Source: Hydrolagus affinis (Eukaryota). From it: a stretch of 64,000 nucleotides of DNA. The position numbers and the translations under genes are program-made. The notes under the pieces were generated by a model that saw only the letters and a program-made list of their open reading frames with translations, did no database searches and was not told the DNA's origin. Location: the NCBI GenBank assembly GCA_012026655.1, contig JAAILG010000832.1:1-64000 (forward strand), in the 5' to 3' direction. Below, in pieces: positions 39,301 through 51,300 of the stretch. Position 1 is the stretch's first letter. Each line of letters opens with the position of its first letter.

Positions 39301-42300
39301 GCTGCAAGCAATTTTTGTCTCAGTTAACCACATAAAACACCTTCCTGAAAAATGCCAGTAAATATTCATGAACATAAACAGTTCATGTTTTACTTAAAAC
39401 AGTCCTTGTTTTAAATACCTATATTACTTGTTACTGTTTAAAGCAACAGTAACAAGCAATACAGGTACTTAAAACAAGGATCTACATTAATTAGACCCTT
39501 ACTACTGAATTTGGATGTCCTTACCTTCTCTAATGTTTCAATTCGGTGTTTCAATAGTCGATTTTCTGTGCGTAACCTCTAAATGTAATAAAAACAATCA
39601 GTAGTCTACCATATTCTTTTCACTTTGCTTAAATTACTTAAATTTCAATGAATCATTGAACGATTCATTTTGCAGGTACAAAGCTCTGGGTTTAAGTATT
39701 TTAGTGATTATACTGATTTCAATTCATGCATAGAAAGCTTGGAGTACCAAAAGTAAATTTTAAATGCACTGAACTGAAAAATAAATAACTAGTTCAGATT
39801 TCATTTACAAGCCTTTGGTGCATCTCAAAAGGAAAACATGTAGTAAAATGTGAAATTATAACTGATTACTAACTGTGCTTAGATTATTAAATTTGCAAGT
39901 TGATGCAGATTCAATTCATGTGAATCTAGTTTGCTTTAAATATTACTTTAAACATTTTATGACAATAATTAAAATACGAAACTTACCTTAATTTCCACTT
40001 GTTCTTCCATTTCTTTATTTTTTAATGTAGTGTATTCCTTTTCTAACCTAACACAAAAAGCATAAAAACATAAGGAACTGCAGTGATTGGTATGGTATGC
40101 AAAATCACATTCTGAAGAGGGAATGCACCACTCTAATTGGATAAATAAATAATCCTCAATTTGATGTAGCATCTTTCACATTGGGAGGATATCTCAAAGT
40201 GCAGGATTTGCAAATCCAATGCAATGCTGGGGGGTTGCTACATTGATGAAGGTGCCGTGCTTCAGATAGGACATTAAAATGAGGTCCCTGTTTAAATGGT
40301 TATGAAAGATTCCATAACAATAGTTGAAAAGAGAGGGAAGTTGCTAATCATACTACTCTTTACTCTCATTGTGATGGGCTAATATTTGAGCCAAACTATT
40401 TTAACAATAACTGTCTCCATATTTCTGTTTGGATCTTAGTATCCAGTGAAAAAATTAAAGAAAAAATTGAGAGTTGTAAGAACAGAGAACACAGAATAAG
40501 CAACTGGACAAGGAGGCCGATTACAATCTGTGAATCTGTCGGAAAAATGTTTTGAAATATACTTGTTTTAGAATCAAGCAAATCTGATTAGTTTTGAAAA
40601 TATGTTATAGAAGCAATATCATTGGGAAGCCTCTTCAGCATACTGTATACCATATCTAATCAAAATATTGCTTTAATAAAACATACTTTTTCATCTTCTT
40701 TGCGTTGTATTTAATTTGATAAGCTGCTTGGATCAGCTTGTCAGGACCGCTATCAAATCGATGTGGAATGACCCTTTGAAAGTGCTGAAGGCAATAGTTA
40801 CACAAATGAATTAGTCAATGTGTTAATAAACAAACTACAGCATTTTCTTGCAAATAACATCAAAGTTTTACTGTAAGCGCAATAAATTCACTTAATTCTT
40901 ACGTGTAACATTCCTTCCATATCAAGCTGCATCAATTCTGCCTGATTGGCCTGAAGAATAGCTATTCCAACACGAAAAACGATTTCTAGACCCTAGTGTA
41001 AAACAGGAAGAAAAGTTGTGAAAAATACTTCTTATTCTCTTCCTCCTTCTCCCTCACAAGAAAGCACATGCCTTTATTTAACAACCCCCAATGATTCAGG
41101 TGCCTGGTTGGAAATAGCCTCCCTTTGCATATACTGTACTGTACTTCATTATCCAGTTATTAATTTGTTGATTACAAAATCAACTTACCTCTGACATGAA
41201 TATGTCAAATAATCTTGTAGCAACTGGCAGTGGAAATGTAGTCAGAAAAATAGTTAGGAACCAGGATGAAGAGTACATGGAGGTATGGAAATTCTGGGAT
41301 TGAAAGTGCACCTGAAGTTCCGGTAGGTGTTCCTGTGAAAGGAATACAACACACGTTGATTTATAGTTGTAGGGGTGGCATTGCACCCTTCAAAATGCAC
41401 ACTAAAACCATCTGATATTGTAATGACTATATTTCAATCCTTTGTGGTCCCTTTCTGTTAACTGGGTAATTTGTGGTTTGGTTCATGACCACAGAAATGG
41501 TTTGACAAAAAAAGCACAAACACATTTATTTAAGGTCAGCTGGGTATCTGACACACCTTAAAACCCATCACAGTGCTAAAGATTCTCCAAACTAAAACTG
41601 CAACTTTACTACATGTGCTACATACATGTCTAGAAATTTTTAGGACATTTAATCATGGAGATTGAAAATCGGTGCTTGGATTTTTCAATATTACGGATCA
41701 GACACATGTAATTCATCGGCAACAATCATTTTAAACTGAAGTGTTACATTTATCCAATCGTGGATATGGATTCAGAATGTTTTTTGTTTCCACTTACCTG
41801 TATCATCCACTCAAACTGGTACATACATAGACCCAACTCAGCCATACTGGGCTTGAATAGCTCTCGTAGCCTGTAATCTTGCATTAGCTTCACAAAGACA
41901 CAAAATGCTTCCTCCTCTGGCATCTTCACAGCAGAAAACAAAAATCACAGAAATTCACGTGCTGTCCAGCAACACTTCTTGCAGTTCAGGCCCCAAATAT
42001 CAACTTCACTTTTAATACAGAATTTCCTGCATCAGCTTTAGTTCTTCTTGTTAATGCTTTACAACAATAAATTGCATTTACATAACACAGGGCTTGTTTT
42101 ATAGGAAATAGTAAATAGTTCAGAAAAATGTTTGTTTAAACATTGTATAGGAATTGATGGTAAATTTCAGATTAAGCGCTGCAATCTAACTGTTAATAAG
42201 ATAGCTGTACATTCCCAGAAAATATGGTTTCATTGAACTAAATATACAAATTTCAAAACTTTAATAAATCCTTACAATTTGCAATAATCAATTCTAGAGA

Positions 42301-45300
42301 AATTTATGCAATAAAAGTATTAATTGCAGAGGATGTATGATTAGATTTTATAAAACTACACCAAGAAATGACTTTCAGGTTTTACTAAATGCACTTACTT
42401 TGTATGATCCTAGAGAGCCTGTTACTTAGAAAGAAAACTGGTGTTGGTATTACAAAATGCTAAAAGAATCATCAATCAATCCTAATAATCATAATAAACC
42501 TTGCATTTGATTTGCAAATGGCAGGAGGATAACCTTTCAAGGAAAAAATATTTACCTGCATAAGAAGAAGTCCCACTATAAAAGCACTTCCTTGACAATA
42601 ACCAACTTCACGGTCTACAAGTGAATAAGCCTACAAAAGGAAATGAAATATACTGCTAAAACCTTATTCGTTATATATTTTTCTATTCATTTCCACATAC
42701 AAGACATAAGCTGTCTAAGTTATTGAATTTTTTTTAAAATTTGAATATTTATTTAAACCTTCCCAATAACAAGCTGATAATTAAGTAGTTTAGAATATAG
42801 CTCTAAATCCTTGGGATTTGGGTTTACATCAAGCCCAAATTGATAGAATAAAAATCTCCTTGGTCTCTGCTGATCAAAGCAGTTTACACAAATTATGTTT
42901 GGGAAAATTTAACTCATTCTCGTGAATTTAGTCCCACAACTCAATTTAGCCCAAGCAGCACCAGATCTGCATTTCAAACATCATAAAGGTGAAAAATATT
43001 CCAATTATGCATCAGAAGTGTTCTCTGTGTATGGAAGGTAAAGCTGAGCAGAAGGAACATTATGCTCTCTCTAACTGTGCCAAATATAGAAAATATATTT
43101 CTGACTACAACAACTATAGTTCAAACTGAATACTGTACCATTAAAAATATAGCTTTCTAATTAAATTATTATTGCATTGTAAATATAGCTTTCTGATTTC
43201 TTGGAATAAAGAAGTTGCACTTTTTAAGCAGTGAGATTGAAATATTTAATGATATCGTCACCTTCATAACATTAAATAAAACCTCTTGTCCCAGGCTATC
43301 CTTTTCTTTGAAAAAATCATGTTCTGGATATGTTCTGGCAATGTCCCTTCTTATAAGTTTTTCGCAAGGTGACGTGTCCTTCAGGAGGTCTGAATATTGA
43401 TCTTTGATGGGCATATTTTGGGCATTGCAGAGGAGCTGCCACACAATAGCTCGGAAATGATGAGGAATCCCTTTTCGTACAAGTTCCTGAAAGGTATAGA
43501 AATTGTTTTTAAAGAAAAAAATTAGTTTTGCTTTCACTGAAAGCTTCTGTGACTTAGGTTGTGAATCAGTAAGACACCAGGGTACTGTACCTAATGTAAA
43601 ACTGAAAACAATACATCTAACATAGCCATTGTCTAGGACAACCAAATGGCAGCGTGTTCAAAGGAGAAGACACATGCATGTAATTCAGTGGTTGAATTCT
43701 CGCCTACATACAGGAGCCCTAATGGTGGAAGTTAATGGATGGGGCACTATGTAACTTCACCGCATAGTAATCCCTAAAAATAAAATCTCATTAACAGTTA
43801 GGTCACACAAGATACCCTTTCTTCCTGTAGGATAGTGTTCTCCTCCACAATTGTATGCCCAAGTGTTTTTAATACCCCCTCCCTTCTTGTAGGATGATGT
43901 TTTCCTGTACATGTAAGCAACCCAAGTGGTACAATACAACGCATGGGGCATTTCACGTGCCTTACCCTTAGCTGTTTTTCTTTCTTTTTTCGCACATCGT
44001 CCCATTCGTTCACCATTCGTCCCCAGAGGATCCAGGAATCCTCTTCCAAGTGGCTGAGGTTACTTGAAGCAGAAGAACTAGAAACAAGGGAAGATCCACT
44101 GTTTCGACGAGATCCATTCACTGATTTCAAAGACTTGCTGTCGGTCTCCAAAAGTCTGTGTACAACAAAAACAAAAATGGAGTATTCCAAATGATCCACT
44201 AAACCTTGGTATCTTCCTGAGATGCATTACTCAAGTTCACTACAAAATGGAAGGGTGTCAGAAGTTTAAATTGCTTGTTCACACAGTATGAAAAGAAAAT
44301 GAAAATAAACAACCATAGGCCACAGTCAAACACCTCGCAGGAAATGATTCGGGACCTAAGAAGTGATTTGTCAAACAGAAAATAGAGTAAAGCTTGGAAG
44401 GGATCCTAATGAGAGGGAGCCACTTAAAAAATACAGGACGGAATGCATTTGTCATTCACTTAGGAAAAAAACAGGAAGAAAAATAACTACAAGTAGACAA
44501 CACTTAAGAAATATTTGAGCCTCCAACAGGTTACAGTTAGAACCCAGATCCAGTGTTGCACAACTACAATTCCTTTGTTCCTCCACTGGAGGTCCCAAAC
44601 AAGCTATATACGCATTAATTCCCTCCCATAAAATAATGCAGTTCTGAGTTTCGTTTACTCATGTTTATCTGCAGAGAAGATTGGATGAAATCATGTTTAA
44701 AGGCCTGTGCAATGCATAGCAATGGGCATTCACATAATAAGTACTGCAGAAAATAACGCATCAAAACAATTGTGTGTGCAACTAGCAAAACTGTTTTTCT
44801 TATTTTTAACAAAGGTTTCTGATTTTACACACTTTTTCTCTCCTCTCCTGAAAAACATGCTGAAATACAATTTTTCATAGAAAGCAGTAGCCCTCTAGTC
44901 AAACATCAGTGAGGCTTGGTACGGAATACAATCCAGCTATTGAACTGTGGGAGCAGCTAAATTTGATCCTGTCCGCAACAAACACAAACACACACCATCC
45001 AGCAGAGGTCACTGAATAATGGTCACACAACACAAAATAACACTGAAAATTTGCCTGCCAGTTTAATTTTATGTATATTATATATCATCAAATAAATTAA
45101 AGATCAATTTTTTTTTAAAAAGTACTATTTTATAATTGCTGCCTATTCTATTACCCTAGGTAACTTGATGCCTCTCAATCACTATCTGTAACTTGGCTTG
45201 AGTCCATGTCATGACGCAAATCAGATGAGATTTACCATGTGTAAAACAATCTCCATCCAAAGATCAGATGAAAGGCTCTGAACTGGATACATGAAACATT

Positions 45301-48300
45301 AATATCAGGTTCTCTCATTACACATTGGAACAGACTCTACACAAAAGAAAACTTTAGTACAGTACTGAGTCCTATTATTAAAAGTAATAATACTCCAGAG
45401 GTTTTTGTTAAGTTTTATTTTCACTTTTCGAGTTTGGAAATAAGTTTCTCATATTTTTAGGTCATTGCATAAAACTTCAAATAGTACAGTATTTCCTTTC
45501 ATGTACCTCAATACCAAAAATATTGCAACCAACATCATGTTATTATTGTATTTGCATAGTTTTTTTTCCCTGCGCAGAATTTATTTACCTATTGCTGCAT
45601 TCCTGGAAGTTCATTTGGTTGACTGGTTATATTGTGTGGGAGATATTGTGATGATCTATACAGTACTAATAAAACAACAATGTCTGTCTGTCTGCATGAA
45701 CAGAGCATGCACATAGCCAAGCATTGGCATGAACAAAATAAAGAACACAGGCAAAGCAAAGTCAACAAAATTACATTTTAAAGTACCTTTCAAGTCGAAA
45801 GCACGTTTCAGTGATTATAAATGATTCAATTAGATTTATTATTTCAAAGATACCTGAGTGAAAATCAAACCTTTTGAAGATAAGTAACAATGCCAGATAA
45901 AAGAGAGAATGTCCATTAAATGAAACTGAAGAACAAAGAACATTGCGGCTGCACTTTAATGTTGAAAGGACTGCGACAGCGCAAAATGAGTTGCCCATTC
46001 AAAGAACAGCATGGCCAAAATGAGTCCTCCATCCCAAGATTCCTTCCAGATGGGTATAGATAAAGATGAAATGTCTTTATTTTCTGTGTGTCAATGTACA
46101 TTCCATATTAGATCCTTTGGTTGTAAGTGTAGCTTTCTGGAACAGGTAATGGTTTCTGGAACAGGAATTTGTATGCAATGAAATGGTATATTTTCCAAAG
46201 GCAGAGAAAAAAAGGGCTTTGGGTAGGATTATTTATGATTCACTGAAAGTTTCCAGTCAATGTGAATGTTATCATTAATGCTAATCAAATCATTATAATC
46301 CTTGCATTTGCCAATATTATATTGATTGGTTAGGATGAAAAAGGCTAGTCTATTACCAGCCACCCCTTCCATTCTATTGGCTTACTCTTAGAAAGAACCA
46401 ATACTGTATACTGTTCTTGACAATCTTGATTTATCTTTCCCTTGGAGGGAGAGCATGAGCTTTCACTTGACACAGTTGCATCTTCTCAGTATGTGGAACT
46501 AAGAGGTTCCATCCCACAGACCACCCTTTTATTTTACAATATTATTGTCTAAGCATTTACAATAAATTCACTGGTGCTTAATATGTAGTAATAACACTCC
46601 TTACATATGATATAATACTGTACCTACATTCTCCTGAAATGCTTCACAGGTAATTGGTGTCTAGGGTACTGGCTGCATTTGTTGACAATGCAGCCAATTT
46701 GCAGAGTGAAGTGAATGACCAATTTATAATATATTTACTGAGACGGTTAATGTACTCAAAATTTCCAACATCCCTTGGAACAAAGCTCATTACAGAGTGG
46801 GAACTTAATACACTGAGGTCCGAAAAGTCCGAAGTTAAACACATTGACTTATGTTGCCAGGCATAGAATCAAATGGTTTAGACATTAGACTTTTAACAGA
46901 AATCAACAGAAAATAGAAAATAGGAGAATGGAAGAAACATGACGACAACAACAAAAAACAACAAAAGTACATTTGTATGGTGCCTTTCAATGAGGACGTC
47001 ACAAGGTACTGGTGACAACAGAGAACACAGTTTAAAAATATGCTTTGTTTAACAAAACTAAATGTCAGCCTGTGCACATTGTACAGTACAGTATATACCC
47101 ATCATAGCCTCGCCCCACCCTACATCCGTGAACTCCTAACCCCCTACCAACCTGCCCGCCCCCTCCGCTCAGCAGGCTCTAACCTGCTCCATGTCCCACC
47201 CACCCCACCGTTGGCGGGCGAGACTTTAACCACTATGCCCCCCAACCTCTGGAACTCCACCCTGCAATCCCTCCGCCTCGCACCCCCTCCCTGGCCTCTT
47301 TCAAGTCCTGCCTCAAGACCCTCCTCTTCGACGTTCCCATCGGTCACCCCAAATACCCCCGTTTCCCACCACACTCCCTGTCACGAGCTTGGGTCTGAAA
47401 CAACAACTGTCCAGCGCCTTGGGATGTCCTCCTGACGTGAAAGGTGCTATACAAGTGTAATTTTGTTCTTGTTGTATAGTAACTCCTTCGAAATAAATTT
47501 AAACAGGTTTTCTTTGTATCATGTCCTTTCAGATTAGCTGCAAACATTGGCAAAGTTTCAATGTATTTTTTCCTTTGTGTATACTATTTTATAGCAATCC
47601 ATATTTTGGTCTAAATTTATTTATGTATGAGGGAATCCAGATGGTTCGTTGTTAGGTGGTCGAAGATTAGCCAAGCAACCCATTATATTATACACTGTAT
47701 GTATTGTTAATAATTCAAAGTGACATAATGCTATTGCGTAGAGCTCGGTATATTTAGCATGATTTACGTGTGCAGCTACTCTTGATTGCAATTTATTTTT
47801 AAAACAAAATCTGGAGTCAAGCCAACAGTACCTTCCATAAAAATGTATTCAGTCAAAACAACATAACTTAGGGTGAGGCCACATAGATTCAAACCAGAAC
47901 CTCAGCATTTTTGCGAACATTAAAATGTCCTAATTGACAAATCCTTCATAATGTGCTCTCCCATCGGTTCCTTCAGTACAGTACTTTGTTTGGGACTGGA
48001 AATAAAACAATTTCCTTGAAGGATTACAAACAGATTCACTCACATTATCCTGAAATCTGGTTCACAAACCCAAATATAATTTGGCCTCAATATATTAATG
48101 ATAATCCATGTATTTGATATCGCGCTTTTCACGTCTTCCAGACCTCTCAAAGCGCTTCACAGAATATACTGTAAAGTGAATTGAATGTATATATGTGGGC
48201 GGAACACAGCAGCCAATTGCGCACAGCAGTGCCCCACAAACAAACGTGGATTGAGTGACCAAATTATTCTTGCTTTTTTTGAGGGATTATTATCAGGTGT

Positions 48301-51300
48301 GTGGAATAAGGAAACTTGCCCAAGGTTTCGCACTTCCTGGAATCAAATCCAGGTCACTTGCTTGCAAGGCGAGAACTCTAACCTCTGAGCTACAGGATTC
48401 CTTTACCAATTCAGTTGAGTTTCCTATTTTATGGGGGTCAAATCTACCAATACTTACAGGTGCCTCTTCTTAAAATACATCCTCCCGACGTGAAAGGCGC
48501 TTTATAAGTGTAATTTGTTGTTGTTGTTGTTAAAATGCATTCATGCAAGTTTATTCATGCAAGTATTCATGCTAGTTTACATATCTGTTTTTAGACTAGA
48601 AGACCACATTTACAAATGTATTTCCGTGAACTAATTTCTTGAATATAATCCATAGGTTTCACATGAATTTGGCACAGGTGTGAGATGTACAGCCATGTGA
48701 ATTATTCAAGTGCCATCCTTCTAAGAATGGAAAAGAGATGAGGACCCAAGATAATGTAGAGTATATACAGGTCATTATTACTTGACTCTTCCCAACGTGA
48801 AAGGCATTATAAAAATATAATTTTGTTGTTCTTCTTCCTCTTCCTTGTAGCAAAGCTTTCAAGAGTTTAGCTGCAGCCAACTCACGGATACAGAATAATC
48901 TGGCTTCTGACATTATTGGAAATATTTGTTTTAAGTTTCGGATTTTTTTGTGATGTGTCAGTTAAACTAGCATTATCTGGCTTCATTTATTTTTGCAGAT
49001 TTTCTAAACATATATGTACACATACACACATACACTGTATATGAACACATTATATATAAAATTTAGAGGCTGAGTGTCGACTTTTACAATAAATAAAAAC
49101 TTTGCTTGCTTTTCATTTTGAATGATGTAGTAAAAAGATGGATATAGGACAAAGTACAAAGGATTGATCTAACAAAGATAATATTAGCAGTGTGACAAGC
49201 CCATTTGTATCCATCATAAATCTTTTGGAAATACGATACTCAGGGTGTGGTGAACACATTATACATGACGCCTGTGACATCAAAGCAGTAATTGGAGCCT
49301 TTTCATAACAATGTAATTCAGTGACAGATGACAAATCTTCACCTGCAATCAGCGGGCCTGTTGGGACGTCCTCCTGACGTGAAAGGCGCTATACAAGTGT
49401 AATTTGTTGCTGTTTTTATTGTTTTATAAAACTGAGTATAGAGTCATCTCTCCTTCTCAAGGAATTTAGGTCTGGTGAACATTGACACAATGCAAATAAC
49501 CCAAACAAAACTAACACAGTAAAGTTCATGGTGATTCAATTGATTAACAAGTACTATCTGGATGAAAACATTGTGCTGCTAGTTTTGATTTTGCACCAAC
49601 CATAACATCAATCAGGACAATGGCCAACATGATTAAATTCACTGAGAACAAAAGTAAATCTTCAAATGTACAAAACGCGAAGCAGTACTTTGATTAAGAT
49701 TTGATTCTCAGCTTTTTGAAAGGCCAAAAAAACACAACCTCCTCAGTGTATATATATTTGTTGTTAATCATTTGCAGGTGCAAATATAGAGGTTGCAGCA
49801 CAAATGTGCAAGGTAGTCAAGTACTTAACCACTGACAACCCAATGGCATAAAATCTCACAGAAACAGAAGAAAAGCACACCATGTTCTACAACTTCAAGA
49901 AACAATTTTTTGAAAAACATAATATGATAAAATGGTAAAATATAAATTATCAGAGATTACAAAAAACCAGTAAATATATTCTTTCCACCTTAATTACCAT
50001 TTTGCAACTACAATAGTAAAACAATACATTTTAATAGTAAAAGTATAACATATGATTAAACTTACAAATCCTGAAAATCTGATATTGAAAATACAGATTA
50101 AATAAACCATCCATTTTGCAAAAACATTGATATTTTGCATTGTTATCGGAACAGCTAATAATACCATTTAAATCAATTAATTCATCTTAAGGATCACCTT
50201 CAGCGTAGCAAGTCAGTCAGTCATCAGAAGCATCAAAGAAGTGACCATTTTCTCAAAACAAAACTCCTCAGGACATGTAGTTTGGATTTCAGGTCACCGA
50301 CAAAATTACAAATGTGGATAACATTGTGAACACTTCCTCTCCAAGTGGAAAACATTAATCCCACCACAAACTCATTGACAATGGAATTTTTGAGAACGTG
50401 GACATATGCACAAAAACACACACACACAAACACAGATGCTATTTTAACAAAACCTGCTGCTTAGGTTTGGCAGATCTTTAAAAAAGCTCACATTGGAAAA
50501 AAATTGCACTCGATAACTTTGAAGACCCATGCTTAAAAATATGAGGCAGCATTTAGAACTACAGAATTATTTGACAATAGAACTTTGAAAACAAAATACA
50601 ATTCCAAATAACTTGATCAACCTTGCTGGAATTTGTATCAATGTGTTTTGGCATTTTCACAGCAATGCCAGCATTCTAATAACTAAAAATAGTTTAGTTG
50701 AAAATATCCTTACCGTGTGAAGTTCATAATTCCACAGTATATCTTCAAAATAAGGATCAGGTTCTACATAATCCAGTTCAGTTGAACAAATAAATTACCA
50801 GGAATTCAAACAAATGAAACCCCTCCCCTTAACCTTCAATACCAGACTCTACCATATTGCCTATTTATGGAGGGGGCTCCTTTGAGGGAAGGGGCTCCTT
50901 TGGGATGGGGTGTTTGGGGAATTGTGGAGAGTTATTCGTCAAAGCTGGATGTGTTCCAGCTGACATGCAGCAACCAATACTGACAACGAATGCCAAAAAA
51001 GTCCACTAATAGTTTACACCATATCTTATAATCCATTTGCTGCAAATTAAATCTCTGGATTTGGCAACTAAATGTGACTAAAGCAAAGCAGCACTCCAAA
51101 TCTAAAGAGGATTTCAACTCAACATTTGGAGTTGGCCATATTTTTGGCCAACAGTGAGCTGAGAAGTTGAATGCATCATCCTCAAGAAAAATCATTCTCA
51201 CAAACATACAGCCATTATTATAACGTAGTACTGTACCATGGCTCTCATCCGCCACACCTATATGGTCATTCTTTACATACAGTGTAGACAATCAACGAAG

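Noticed and set aside
42780-43110. Possible LF-SINE-like relic between exons 4 and 5
   Set aside because: The resemblance is only impressionistic and too diverged to support without an HMM search.
47040-47435. 131-aa proline-rich ORF
   Set aside because: Frameshifted remnant of an L2 ORF2 C-terminus, not a host gene.
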